Notes under the pieces: model-generated
The model's input: the letters and a program-made list of their open reading frames with translations, nothing else
Databases searched by the model: none
Told to the model about the DNA's origin: nothing
Made by a program: the position numbers and the translations under genes
Shown here: positions 9,760 to 20,014 of the stretch, one piece after another
Layout: the number at the start of each line of letters is the position of its first letter
Position numbering within the stretch: the first letter of the stretch is position 1
Virus record (IMG/VR): IMGVR_UViG_3300028591_000081
Span: 96,001 to 160,000 of that record
DNA length: 64,000 nt
Source of the DNA: a virus
Taxonomy: Duplodnaviria > Caudoviricetes
Strand: one strand, 5' to 3'

Positions 9760-10736
9760 TGGGTCTGTATGCAAGTAAACCTGCCAGCGTCGTATCAAGA
9801 AAGCTATCTGTCAAAAAACGTTTGGCTCATATCCTCACAGTCCGTAGCAAAGAAGCTCGGCAAAACAGTCTTCTTCTCAAGACCTCGTTAAAAACCCGTG
9901 ATGCCTTACGTCACAAGGCTAAGGGCAAACTGGACGCCACTACTCTTGTTGGAAGAATCGTTGTTACAACCCACATGGGTTTCATTGAGTCGTTGTACCC
10001 TCGATTCGTTGTGTCGGATAACATCAACGATTACCGCCCAGAGTATCAAGGGATGATCTATACCGGGGAAATGAACGACTTTGTCATGGACAGGTTGAAC
10101 TATGTTCACAACTACATCGTTCTGCGTGAGTTTCTTGACCCCGATGCAAGAGAAAACCTTGGATGGGTTACATCCTTTGGAAGACATAAGATAGTCCGTC
10201 TCAGCAATGTCCGCGATTACATCATGTGGTATTTCCCAAAGCAAGAGAAGCGGATTGGGGAGTTTCGCAAGGTGTATGCTGAACAGATGCCTCAGTTTTT
10301 GAACCTCGTTTTGACATGCCTCATTCAAGGTAAACAGCTCCCCAGCCGAAAACAGACCGAGTCGATCAGTCCTTATCCGTTATTCAAGATCTTTGGCAAA
10401 TCCGACTGGAGTATGTTCTTGAGCACGTATCTTCAGCATGTCGAGTCTGGAGAGTCTTGGAAAACCGACTCTTCCCTCCTTACCTTCCTCGGGCGCGTGA
10501 TGGATGGTGAAGTGGAAGGAAACCGTGGGGGATACAACCAACTGGTGAAGACAGCACACAAACTCTATGGTCATCGAATTCAGAAAGCTGTCGCCGAGTA
10601 TGCCCAGTCTCCGAAGATTCCTGAGTTAGCTATGATTGACCTGTATTATGCTGTTTCAGGGGCCGACAAAGCTCTGTCCGGTATATCAGACGATTGTGGT
10701 ATGCAGGATATGGAACTTGGTATTTTTCTGAAATGA
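9759..10736 (+). CDS. Hypothetical protein, translationally coupled to the clamp-loader-like gene
   Basis: 325-aa ORF, TGATG overlap. Confidence 0.7.
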   Translation: MGLYASKPASVVSRKLSVKKRLAHILTVRSKEARQNSLLLKTSLKTRDALRHKAKGKLDATTLVGRIVVTTHMGFIESLYPRFVVSDNINDYRPEYQGMIYTGEMNDFVMDRLNYVHNYIVLREFLDPDARENLGWVTSFGRHKIVRLSNVRDYIMWYFPKQEKRIGEFRKVYAEQMPQFLNLVLTCLIQGKQLPSRKQTESISPYPLFKIFGKSDWSMFLSTYLQHVESGESWKTDSSLLTFLGRVMDGEVEGNRGGYNQLVKTAHKLYGHRIQKAVAEYAQSPKIPELAMIDLYYAVSGADKALSGISDDCGMQDMELGIFLK

Positions 10737-10752
10737 CCTGATGGAGGGTGCA

Positions 10753-11550
10753 ATGGCAACGATTGTGGATGTGCGTGATTACGATATGGGGATGCTGAAA
10801 AGGTTTCAGTTCTTTTACCCGAACACCGTGTGGATCAACCATTCCAGTGTCGAGATCTCTGAGATACGAGACAATGCGATTTACGAGGGGCAGGACATTC
10901 ATTTCCCAGTCTTGATTCTTCGGCGCACATCTTGTCCTGTACTGTACCGCGACAATAGTCCCTATTCTCAATACAAGATAGGCGACCGTCACACAGACGG
11001 GATGTCTCAAGCAGAAATCGTCGCTCGCGGGTTCCCTGACGACCTGACGCTGGTCAACTCTATTTATGAGCTGAAATATGACCTTGAGATCCTTTCCGCC
11101 AGTCGAGACAACTTTGATGAACTTGTGATCGAGGCGCAGGAGAATCTGATCCGCTTTCCGTTCCTGACCATTGATGCAGACGATAAGATTATCCAAGGCC
11201 AGTCGTCGCATTTGCTGATGGATACCTGTCAGGATAATTCCGATCTGGACAACTTCGGCGAGCATGTTCCCTTGTACCGTGCCACCATCGGAATGACGCT
11301 TCGTGGGTACATTTACCGCAAGTATCGTCGATTCAGTGTGGACGAGTTCCTGATGCATCTCAAAGTGAACTCAAACCTTCCAACTGATGAAGACCACGAC
11401 TACCGCATCCCTACGGTAAAGCACATCAACTCTTTGGTTCCAGAGAATATACGGAAGATTCTTGGGGATGTTCCACTCAAGAAAGAAATAGGCATCAACG
11501 AATGTCCATGTAAGGCCCTGTGCCCGGAACACGACGACGGAAAACCGTAA
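10753..11550 (+). CDS. Possible tail-completion/terminator (neck) protein
   Basis: FPVLILRR and YELKYDLEILS...DEL pattern; functional call weak. Confidence 0.45.
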   Translation: MATIVDVRDYDMGMLKRFQFFYPNTVWINHSSVEISEIRDNAIYEGQDIHFPVLILRRTSCPVLYRDNSPYSQYKIGDRHTDGMSQAEIVARGFPDDLTLVNSIYELKYDLEILSASRDNFDELVIEAQENLIRFPFLTIDADDKIIQGQSSHLLMDTCQDNSDLDNFGEHVPLYRATIGMTLRGYIYRKYRRFSVDEFLMHLKVNSNLPTDEDHDYRIPTVKHINSLVPENIRKILGDVPLKKEIGINECPCKALCPEHDDGKP

Positions 11551-11558
11551 TAGGTTTG

Positions 11559-11598
11559 TGGTGCTGATAACAGGTTTTGAAACCTTCTGTGGTAAGGT
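11559..11598 (+). promoter_or_regulatory. Phage promoter motif copy 3
   Basis: TGGTGCTGA, 22 nt, TGgTAAGGT. Confidence 0.75.
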
Positions 11599-11660
11599 TC
11601 CTTTTGTCATGGGTGTCGTGCTTCTAGGGCATCCACGACAAATCGTCATCTCCTGAGTTG

Positions 11661-11744
11661 CTAGAACGCTCTCTGACGACGTTTTCCGATTCACCCTGTG
11701 TAGTTACAGGGGTGTCCAAGAAAATCGCTCAGAGAGCGTTCTAG
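11661..11744. repeat. Long imperfect palindrome with 16-bp perfect outer arms
   Basis: ctagaacgctctctga ... tcagagagcgttctag; inner caccctgt/acaggggtg. Confidence 0.85.
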
Positions 11745-11791
11745 GGGCTTCTGTGACCAATTCTCTTTTGACCTTCCATTGGAGAGTTACC

Positions 11792-12199
11792 ATGTTTATC
11801 AAGTCCGACATTTGTGGTGCCGAAGAAGCTCAGACCGTTTCTGTATTCAACAGTCTGTTCCTCATTGAACGCGCAGAGAATGCAATGTTCAATGTTACGA
11901 AGTGTAAAGAAGGTTCTGACCACAACTTCATTGTCTATTCCTATACAGACCTTGGGCTGATCCTTATGTTGATCACTGTGACAGCTTCGGAAACGAAAAT
12001 CCTTGCCCGGTCGATTGCCCATGATCCACACAACTTGGGGAATAACAAAGACCTTGAAGAGGATGTTGGTCACGAGTATTGTCGGGTACCTTATGCGTCT
12101 GACTTGCCTATGGTTCCGATTTACAATGCGCTCAAGAGTATGTACAGCAAAATGAGTAAGAATCTCTCTGAGTTTGTGTATGGAGATATTCCCTTTTAA
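11792..12199 (+). CDS. Hypothetical protein
   Basis: ORF with GGAG RBS. Confidence 0.65.
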   Translation: MFIKSDICGAEEAQTVSVFNSLFLIERAENAMFNVTKCKEGSDHNFIVYSYTDLGLILMLITVTASETKILARSIAHDPHNLGNNKDLEEDVGHEYCRVPYASDLPMVPIYNALKSMYSKMSKNLSEFVYGDIPF

Positions 12200-12212
12200 G
12201 GAGAGTACGATC

Positions 12213-12581
12213 ATGGATATGGTAAAGTCTTCTCGGTTACGTATGGAGCCTGTGGCTGAATGTGCCCGTCGAGCTGAGGCTTTTTTGAATTGCACCTGCT
12301 TGGAGGAATCTGCCTTCCTTGCCAAGCTGATTGATCTGGCAAAAGCCTCTTACTGGAACCGCACCTTGGATTTGTCTGTGGTAGGATACTCTGTTCACAG
12401 CACCGATTGTTCTGAGTTTTACGACACCTTGGAACAGGCCAAGGCTAGGTTTATGAACCTGATCGATTATGGAGCTACGGAGGCTTACATTCATCTAGCC
12501 GGAAAGGATGCGGAGGGCGAGTGGTTTGAGGCCGATGGGGAAGCTCTTTACTGGTACAATGCTGACGACGAGTCCGATTGA
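12213..12581 (+). CDS. Hypothetical protein
   Basis: ORF with AAGGAG RBS. Confidence 0.65.
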   Translation: MDMVKSSRLRMEPVAECARRAEAFLNCTCLEESAFLAKLIDLAKASYWNRTLDLSVVGYSVHSTDCSEFYDTLEQAKARFMNLIDYGATEAYIHLAGKDAEGEWFEADGEALYWYNADDESD

Positions 12582-12594
12582 TGTGGAGTAATAT

Positions 12595-13011
12595 ATGGCT
12601 TATCTTTATGATGTTTATATCCTGTGTCAGGAAAATGTGTACAGAGACTACGAGACCTTCGTGCTGGACCAAATTCAGCCATGTTTGCCCACCTATACGA
12701 AACAAGCCCGTTACAACGGGAGAGACGTGTACCTGTTGGAATGGAATAATCTCAAGAACTGGAGTTCTGTTCCAAGTCAGACTACCCGTGAAATCAATGT
12801 CATCCGGGAATGGGTGCATGGGTATGTGAGCAACAAACATTCCCGTGATGGGGATGGGATACAGTTGATTTGTATCTGTGAAGGGGAAGTGGTGGTTGAG
12901 TCCGTCAGCAACTATGTAGACACGATGCCGATGGACTTTTATGCCGAGATGCATATCCATCGTCCAGAAGGTCTGGAATGGAAGGAACTTTACAGCATGA
13001 AGGAACGATGA
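12595..13011 (+). CDS. Hypothetical protein
   Basis: 138-aa ORF with GGAG RBS. Confidence 0.65.
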   Translation: MAYLYDVYILCQENVYRDYETFVLDQIQPCLPTYTKQARYNGRDVYLLEWNNLKNWSSVPSQTTREINVIREWVHGYVSNKHSRDGDGIQLICICEGEVVVESVSNYVDTMPMDFYAEMHIHRPEGLEWKELYSMKER

Positions 13012-13496
13012 TGTTTGCGAAGTCTGTTAGGGTGGAAAAGAGCTGGCTTACCGTACAGCAGTTGCTCAATACGTTTTACTTGGTCGAACCCGATGAATCG
13101 GTCGTCGCAGGACGTACTCTGGAGGATTTTACGTATTATATCGAGAGTCTTCTCATCGGTACCGCCATTACTCCGTTTGTCACGGGTGAGAATCCGTCTC
13201 TACACGGAAAAGGTCGGTTCTTTGAAGTGGTCGATGGCAAGAAGCGTTTTGTCATTCTCAAGAAATACCTTCGTGGCGACTTTGCTTTGACCGACTGCCG
13301 GTTCGTAAAGGAACTGTCTCAAAAAACCTTCTCAGACCTTCCACGGGATATACAACGCAGACTTCAGGATGAGCACCTCGAAGTCTTTGAGATTTATGAC
13401 GGCGGGTTTGGTTTGGACAATTACAGAGCAGTGTGCAGAAGCATTCGTGGGGAGGATGACTATAAGGAAGTAGGCACAGGAACGTGCCAAAAGTGA
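13008..13496 (+). CDS. Stand-alone DUF262 (ParB/Srx-like) domain protein
   Basis: IESLLIG...P...EVVDGKKR...L; canonical motif is DGQQR. Confidence 0.7.
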   Translation: MMFAKSVRVEKSWLTVQQLLNTFYLVEPDESVVAGRTLEDFTYYIESLLIGTAITPFVTGENPSLHGKGRFFEVVDGKKRFVILKKYLRGDFALTDCRFVKELSQKTFSDLPRDIQRRLQDEHLEVFEIYDGGFGLDNYRAVCRSIRGEDDYKEVGTGTCQK

Positions 13497-13500
13497 CTTG

Positions 13501-13540
13501 TGGTGCTGAAAGGTTCCATGCTTTATTTTTGTGTTATAAG
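13501..13540 (+). promoter_or_regulatory. Phage promoter motif copy 4
   Basis: TGGTGCTGA, 22 nt, TGtTATAAG. Confidence 0.8.
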
Positions 13541-13592
13541 TAACCTTGTCAACAGGGCGGCTAGGGTGGTCGCCCAAAACCCGGAGGTGGTT

Positions 13593-14387
13593 ATGAGTTA
13601 CGATTTTGAATGGGATATCCTGAAGTCACGTGAAACTTGTCAGAAATTAGACCTGCTTGCGAAATACCCGACAGTGGTTCCTGTAAAAGTAACGGGTAAG
13701 ATGATCTTTTCTCAGAAGGATGTTCCCGAAGGTTATTCCTACTCTGGGTGCTGTGATCATCGTTCTGATGACACGCACTGCCTGTGTCGCCTGTACTCTA
13801 CCATAAAAAGTGTGCTGTTTGACGTGCGTGACTCCATGATCGACAAGTCTCTGAAACAGCATCTTCAAGCTCCGGCCTTTTTGTCGGTAGGTTCCTCCAC
13901 CAACACTCTTGATGTCTGCGTGGCCACATTCAACATTCAGAACCATCACTCCATGAAACTTCGTGTGATTCATAGCGTGCCTGTGGAGGCATACTCGATA
14001 GATCGTGATGTGTACGTTTCCGGCGACAACTTACGTTCCTGCTTTGAAGTACGGGACGCATACAATAGGGATGCCTCGTTTTTGTCGGACATTGAACGTG
14101 AGATGTCTGAGACGTTGGTAGAACGTCAGGCTGTGGAATCAATTTCACTCCTTGCCAGATTTGCTCTCGGAATGGATGGTAGAGACATGGATACCGACGT
14201 GATTAAAGAGTTTGCATCCTCTTTACGCTCTATCGCTAAAACCCTTGAGAACACGGCGCGTCGTATGGATGACTGTCTTTGCGAGGAATATCCGGAAGAG
14301 GAAGACAAGGATGACTACTGCGATGATTCTGAAGACTACTTCTATGAGGACGATGAAGCCTCGGATGGATGTGAGATGATCGGATAA
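13593..14387 (+). CDS. Hypothetical protein with highly acidic C-terminus
   Basis: GGAGG RBS; EEYPEEEDKDDYCDDSEDYFYEDDE tail. Confidence 0.7.
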   Translation: MSYDFEWDILKSRETCQKLDLLAKYPTVVPVKVTGKMIFSQKDVPEGYSYSGCCDHRSDDTHCLCRLYSTIKSVLFDVRDSMIDKSLKQHLQAPAFLSVGSSTNTLDVCVATFNIQNHHSMKLRVIHSVPVEAYSIDRDVYVSGDNLRSCFEVRDAYNRDASFLSDIEREMSETLVERQAVESISLLARFALGMDGRDMDTDVIKEFASSLRSIAKTLENTARRMDDCLCEEYPEEEDKDDYCDDSEDYFYEDDEASDGCEMIG

Positions 14388-14390
14388 CGT

Positions 14391-14439
14391 AAAAAGAACC
14401 CCTCCAATCGACGTATGTAAGATGGGAGGGGTTCTTTTT
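14391..14439. terminator. Bidirectional terminator between convergent genes
   Basis: aaaaagaacccctcc ... ggaggggttcttttt. Confidence 0.85.
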
Positions 14440-14440
14440 A

Positions 14441-16909
14441 TCAGTAGATGTTGCCGAAAGTTGGGTCTCCGATATTCTGGTGAAGCGGGTACGGCCCGAA
14501 GCGAAGTTTTAGCAACTGTGGCAAGTCGTGATCCAGAAGTATGGGATCTTGTGATAAGTCGATGATTCCGGCTGGCACCGGGTTAAGCATTTTTGTAATC
14601 CACTGGGTGAAGTGAAATCCTGATTCATACTTACGTCGATTCTCCCCTGAAGAGGTGTCCCACACAGTGGTTGTGAACCATCCTTCACTTATTCTACGTT
14701 TGCCAGTTGATTCATCGGTATGAATATAGCTTGTTTCGTTGTCGAACAAACCCTTGTGGAACCCTGATTTTACTGTGAAGGCTTTGTGGATATATACGAT
14801 GTCCATCTTCTGGATAGAGCGCGAGGACATCAAATAGTCTATTTCGGCACGCATTGTGTCGGACATCCTTGGGACTTCGTCAGTATCATCATTGTATTTG
14901 TACCCTTCGATGACATCCTTGATTCTCTGGAAGAAAATTTTTGTGTACTTGAAGGTGTTTTCAAAGTCCACTTCCTCAATGGTGGGGTCATTTTCAATGA
15001 ACACTTTCGACCATTCCGTGTTCACGTCATGGACAGCGCGTATCCATGTGTTTTCATACTCAGCCCATATTTGTGTTCCTGATGTGTTGTAGAAGGCAAT
15101 GTAACGCGTATTTTCCTCAAGTTCATATTTCTCTGACAAGCTCTTGTTTACGAAGATAACGCAGACCTGATCAAGCTCAATGACATCGTAATCGCCATTT
15201 GGATTTTCAATAGACACTCTCAATATGCAGTACGGGTGGTCTGGGTCATCTTCGTTTTTCAGGATTTTGTCAATCACATCCTCTTTGACGGAAAAGTTAC
15301 CCGTCATCCCATTGAATGGGTAGTCATCGTTTCCGTCTCCTTCTATCTTCAAGGCATGAATGGTGATAGTTGGAGACGACACGCTGAGGTCGGAAACGAG
15401 CGGTTTGCCCCCAATATGAAGGGAAGAGACCGGAGGTAGTGAAGCGGAAAGGGTTTGTTTGTTCACCGTATAAGCACTTATGTAGTTGTCAAAGTTGTAC
15501 CCAGTGTAGGTGTAAGAGCTGACATCATAAAATACCTTCAGGGAAATCTTTTCGTATGGGATGGTTTCAATGACTTTAGAGCGCACTTGCACTCCATCAA
15601 CATACAGGGGATCGCTGGTTAAAATGGGGTCTCCGGTGTACATTTTTGAAGGGTCTCTGGTCTGCTGTTGAGCCTTGAGAGATTCGAGATATGCTTTCAT
15701 GTCTGAAGTGTACTTTACTACGGCGTCTTTTATCTGGATTTTAACCGCATTTGGAGTAATGTGGGTAAGCAGTTTTTTCATTGAGACGTACTCCAAAGTT
15801 TCAATGAGTGCGATGAAGTCTCCAATGAGAAAGGACACCACAGAACCTTGACTATGTTCTGCGAAGAAGTTCCTAACTCGGATCAACTCATTACGCATTG
15901 CTCGGTATGTCGAAGGATTCCTCCCTATACCATGATGATACTGGCCATCTACAAACATGTCCGGTATGGTCACTTCAAAAGGAGTCGTGATCGTGAGAAC
16001 CCGATTTGTTGGATTCTGGACGGTTGTAGAGGTATTGTTCGACGCCTCTCCTGCGATGGTGCCTGTGTACATATAGAGGGAACGCTTTTTGTACGACAAG
16101 GACAAGGTCGTATTGAGATTTAAGTCGTGTGATAATGGACTCGGATAGTTCGTTGGAATGTAGGCCATCATATACGGGAGCGCGTTGTAGGCTGAAAACG
16201 GAATGTAGATGCAGGGTCTTTCAGGTATGAAAGACTTGGATTTACATCTCGTCGTATATTTTAATCCAGTTTCCGCAGGGTGTTCCATTTCTCGTGAATA
16301 GGTGTTGTCCGTTCTTTTCCTGCCGGTTACTGAGGCGTGATGAACGATTCTTCCGCATAATGCATTATTGTCTCTCTTTTGAACAAGCCACCCACGAACC
16401 ATTTTTGGTACAGACAGTCCCTTCTTGTGCTTCTTTGAGTACACCCACACTTTGACTTTGAACCATCCATAGTAAATACCCATAGGGTACTGTCTTCTCG
16501 GCATGGTGCGATCTTCAACATATCTCTGATTTCTGTCGTTCATCTTGTAGAACACGCCGTCCTGCACGTACCTTACGCTATCGGTGTGGGCGAGACGGCA
16601 CAGGTTAAGATGCACGCTGAGAGGGACTCCAGAATCCAGCTCACACAGTATCCCAGACTGCTCGTTCTCGTAAGGCTCAAGGATGTCTTGGCCGGACTTT
16701 TCAGGGTCTCGGAAGGACGGCACGGCATACGAGGCCATGCGTGTATTCAGGAAGTGAGAATGCGCGTCCCGTCGAAACATGTTGCCTGAATTGGCGACAT
16801 CTCTACGAATCAGAACGTTAGAGAACAGCTTGTGATAGTGTGACGACTTGTGGTGGATAATGAATTTCCCGTTTCGAGATTTTTTGATGATTGTGTAGCT
16901 TTTTCGCAT
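14441..16909 (-). CDS. Large hypothetical protein, probably virion-associated
   Basis: 822-aa ORF downstream of a baseplate-like gene. Confidence 0.75.
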   Translation of the reverse strand: MRKSYTIIKKSRNGKFIIHHKSSHYHKLFSNVLIRRDVANSGNMFRRDAHSHFLNTRMASYAVPSFRDPEKSGQDILEPYENEQSGILCELDSGVPLSVHLNLCRLAHTDSVRYVQDGVFYKMNDRNQRYVEDRTMPRRQYPMGIYYGWFKVKVWVYSKKHKKGLSVPKMVRGWLVQKRDNNALCGRIVHHASVTGRKRTDNTYSREMEHPAETGLKYTTRCKSKSFIPERPCIYIPFSAYNALPYMMAYIPTNYPSPLSHDLNLNTTLSLSYKKRSLYMYTGTIAGEASNNTSTTVQNPTNRVLTITTPFEVTIPDMFVDGQYHHGIGRNPSTYRAMRNELIRVRNFFAEHSQGSVVSFLIGDFIALIETLEYVSMKKLLTHITPNAVKIQIKDAVVKYTSDMKAYLESLKAQQQTRDPSKMYTGDPILTSDPLYVDGVQVRSKVIETIPYEKISLKVFYDVSSYTYTGYNFDNYISAYTVNKQTLSASLPPVSSLHIGGKPLVSDLSVSSPTITIHALKIEGDGNDDYPFNGMTGNFSVKEDVIDKILKNEDDPDHPYCILRVSIENPNGDYDVIELDQVCVIFVNKSLSEKYELEENTRYIAFYNTSGTQIWAEYENTWIRAVHDVNTEWSKVFIENDPTIEEVDFENTFKYTKIFFQRIKDVIEGYKYNDDTDEVPRMSDTMRAEIDYLMSSRSIQKMDIVYIHKAFTVKSGFHKGLFDNETSYIHTDESTGKRRISEGWFTTTVWDTSSGENRRKYESGFHFTQWITKMLNPVPAGIIDLSQDPILLDHDLPQLLKLRFGPYPLHQNIGDPTFGNIY

Positions 16910-16963
16910 AATGTACCCATAGCAAGAAGAGACTTACGATTTCGATAGCTCCTGACCCGGCTT

Positions 16964-17908
16964 TTAGTTGTAGTCTCGAATCTTTTCGAGGTCTTCCACA
17001 GTTACCTTTGGAATCAGTACACGAACTGGCTTCTTCAGGTTCGGGTCTTCCCACGTGGCTTCCTTTTCACCACTGGAGTTCACTACCCATACTGGAGTCT
17101 GTAACAGCGTGGCACAGGTAAATCCTTTATACAGGGCTTTCCCGAGAACCCCGGGGGTTGCCTCGTAGAACGTGTAGTATCCAAGCCCTCCATCGCCGTC
17201 ATCAAACTCTGTGTTATGTTCAAGTTCCAAGCGATGGAGGTACGTGTAGTTCTTCGAGCTTTCCACGTTCGTGAAGGAAGGAACCATCGGTGAAATCCCA
17301 GCGTAACATACCACGGATCGGTAGGTCTTGTTTCGATGTAACTCGGAAGATTTCCACGACGGGTATCCCTCACTGTCGATCTTGTTCAGAGAGATGTCAG
17401 TAACCATGTAGGACTTCTTCTGATTGATGTGAACTTCACGATACAGAGACTGGTCAGCGGCATCGGAGGCATCGTCAATTTCCAGTTTCTGGAGCATTTT
17501 GCTACTGAGGAAGACCTGAATCCCAAGAGGTTCCCCTATCCCGGTTTCAAAGAACTGCTCAGTTTCTGCCCATTCCAGAATTTCTTTCCATGCCTTGAGA
17601 GCGATTAGGTATCCTGTGTCGGTGAGGCTTTTGCGTTCATCCGGCTGGTACATTTCGTCGGCGATGAAGATGAATCCGTCGGTGTAGAGTACCTTATGAA
17701 ACATCCGCTCGACCGGGGTCTCTTTCAGGTAGAAGTTGAATAAGCGTCGGTAAGCGTTTTGTCGAATTTGTTCAGTAGTCAGGCCCTTTGTGACCTCTTC
17801 CAAAGCCTCGATGCGTTGTTTGCCATGTGTTCCGAGTCGGAATACCGTGAATGTACCGTCGGCATTCCGAAGGAATAAGTTTCCGTACATGTATGGTAGT
17901 AAAATCAT
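16964..17908 (-). CDS. Hypothetical protein, probably structural
   Basis: GGAGG RBS before the ATG at 17908. Confidence 0.7.
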   Translation of the reverse strand: MILLPYMYGNLFLRNADGTFTVFRLGTHGKQRIEALEEVTKGLTTEQIRQNAYRRLFNFYLKETPVERMFHKVLYTDGFIFIADEMYQPDERKSLTDTGYLIALKAWKEILEWAETEQFFETGIGEPLGIQVFLSSKMLQKLEIDDASDAADQSLYREVHINQKKSYMVTDISLNKIDSEGYPSWKSSELHRNKTYRSVVCYAGISPMVPSFTNVESSKNYTYLHRLELEHNTEFDDGDGGLGYYTFYEATPGVLGKALYKGFTCATLLQTPVWVVNSSGEKEATWEDPNLKKPVRVLIPKVTVEDLEKIRDYN

Positions 17909-17921
17909 CGGTTTCCTCCAG

Positions 17922-20000
17922 TTACTCAGCCACGATATAATCACGCCCACTGAAGTTCCGCAAGGACAGCTTCATACCGTTTCCGGTCTGGGCCATGTAT
18001 AGGAATTCCCCCATCGAGTGTTCGTCAATGAAGCAGGTTTTCAGAATCGGCTTGTATTCTGCCCCACCTGTCAATCCTCGTTTGGGAAACAGGTTTTCAA
18101 GGTTCTTTGCGAACACCCTCCACTGCGTTGAGAGTAGCCACGTTGGGTCGGTCATGGGGTCAGCGGCATTGTTGCTTGGATCGTGGGCGGCAAAAGACTT
18201 CGCATAATATCCCGGTATGGTCACGTTCATTGGCTTGGCCAGTCTGTACTTATTGACATCTGCCTCTGTCCACGGGTCTACTCGGAAGGTGTGAGGCGAG
18301 TTCTCTCCAGTCTGATCAGGCCCGTAGTCGTCTGCTTTGGTAGATCGTCTGGACACCTTGTAGTAAGACGGAGCCTCTTGGGTTCCCACATTGACAAATT
18401 TGCAAAGAGTTCCACCATCACTTTTGTACTGGGATCGATCCTTGTTCTCGATAAATACATAGGGGGTTTGGATGTCCTGCCATTTCGGAACACACCCATG
18501 ACTAGCATTATACGCAAAGGAACCAACGGAGTATTTTGTGATCAGTTTCAGGTCAGCATTGGTCAGGGAACGCAAAGAGCCTATTTGAACCAAGGCTTCC
18601 TGAGAGGCAATCCTCCACATCAGAGAATTGCTAGGATTACCGCTAAATAGGTAATGCGCCGACACATTGCTTACAGCCAGAATGAGCATGAGAATATAAT
18701 CGCATGACCATGTTGTCGTGACATGTCTGGTATAATTCTTTGCGATATCGTAAGCTGATCGGTGAACCAGTTTTGGCGACACAAATAGGACGCTATTGTT
18801 CAAGAGGTCACGGAAAATCACGTTACCTCCTTCCTCATCTTCGACGCAGGGAATGCAGTGCTTGGAGTACAGAAACTTGCTGGCAGATTTTGTGAGCTTT
18901 GGGAGCTTGTATCTGGGGATTCCCTTGTACTCTACCTCTCCGTGACGGTTTGTGAAGGGTTTAACATTGTGCATCTTGTTCGGTGTGAATTTCAGAAACA
19001 GGTTTGCGCTTTTCTCAGGGTACACATGAGTTCCCACTCTCCAGACCGAAACTCGGTATGTACGGTCGCCCAGCACTTCGGTCTTGAAGCAAGTTCCGTC
19101 CAGAAAGTATCTGGTGTCACATAGATTGGACAGAAACGGTGATCGAAATTCTGGGTTGATGCTGTTGGGACGGTCGGACGATTCCATAAGCCATTTCGTA
19201 CCGTCTGAGTCTACGCTGTAATACTTCCACCAAAGGGTGGTGCCTGTGCTGTATTCCATCACGCGACCACAATCCCATTCATATTTTGTACCCTGACTTA
19301 TTTCGTTGGTATTCAGAGATTCTTGTAAGGAGGCGTGCTGTTCTGAGCTGTATATGGTGGTTTTCTTGTTGATGGTGAACCCAAAGGTGTCGAAGGGAAG
19401 CATTCCGTTGTTGTAGATGGGGTCAAAGTCTGTTACCACTCCAGAATCATTATAGATTCTTCCTATGAGCAAAGTCATAAAAGGTTTCGGAAGTTCCTTC
19501 TGAAGAAGTTCTGACTCCAGCACTCCCTCGCCGGAGGTCTTCACACACACTTCCCCGATTCCTTTTCCATAGGTAATATCTGCACTGCTGTCCGACAGGG
19601 TGTAGCCAATCAGGGTGAGCGGGTTGTCTGGGTCAATCCTGTACGTAGGAACCGGAGCACCTCCGGTATTGGTAATACTCTCTGTGGTGTCGATGAGGAT
19701 TTTAGACAGATCCATATAGTACACGGCCCGCAGGTACTTAAACCCATTGACTGGGACTTTTGACAGGTCGATGGTGTTGAGGTCAATGACGCACTTCCTG
19801 TCGGAGTTGTAGCTTGAGAACCCGCCGTACTTCCATTTGAAGCCGATCTGTCGATGTCTGTGCCAACCACACCATGCCTTGTAGACAAACGTCTGTCCCC
19901 ACAATGCGTCCAGAACAGACACCAGCTTGGAGTAGAACACGTTGGCGGCGTCATCAATGAGGGGCGTCAGAAGCTCCTCTAAAGTCATTTTCTTTGCCAT
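17922..20000 (-). CDS. Hypothetical protein, probably structural
   Basis: 692-aa ORF with AGGAG RBS. Confidence 0.75.
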   Translation of the reverse strand: MAKKMTLEELLTPLIDDAANVFYSKLVSVLDALWGQTFVYKAWCGWHRHRQIGFKWKYGGFSSYNSDRKCVIDLNTIDLSKVPVNGFKYLRAVYYMDLSKILIDTTESITNTGGAPVPTYRIDPDNPLTLIGYTLSDSSADITYGKGIGEVCVKTSGEGVLESELLQKELPKPFMTLLIGRIYNDSGVVTDFDPIYNNGMLPFDTFGFTINKKTTIYSSEQHASLQESLNTNEISQGTKYEWDCGRVMEYSTGTTLWWKYYSVDSDGTKWLMESSDRPNSINPEFRSPFLSNLCDTRYFLDGTCFKTEVLGDRTYRVSVWRVGTHVYPEKSANLFLKFTPNKMHNVKPFTNRHGEVEYKGIPRYKLPKLTKSASKFLYSKHCIPCVEDEEGGNVIFRDLLNNSVLFVSPKLVHRSAYDIAKNYTRHVTTTWSCDYILMLILAVSNVSAHYLFSGNPSNSLMWRIASQEALVQIGSLRSLTNADLKLITKYSVGSFAYNASHGCVPKWQDIQTPYVFIENKDRSQYKSDGGTLCKFVNVGTQEAPSYYKVSRRSTKADDYGPDQTGENSPHTFRVDPWTEADVNKYRLAKPMNVTIPGYYAKSFAAHDPSNNAADPMTDPTWLLSTQWRVFAKNLENLFPKRGLTGGAEYKPILKTCFIDEHSMGEFLYMAQTGNGMKLSLRNFSGRDYIVAE

Positions 20001-20014
20001 GGTATCCTCTCCTG

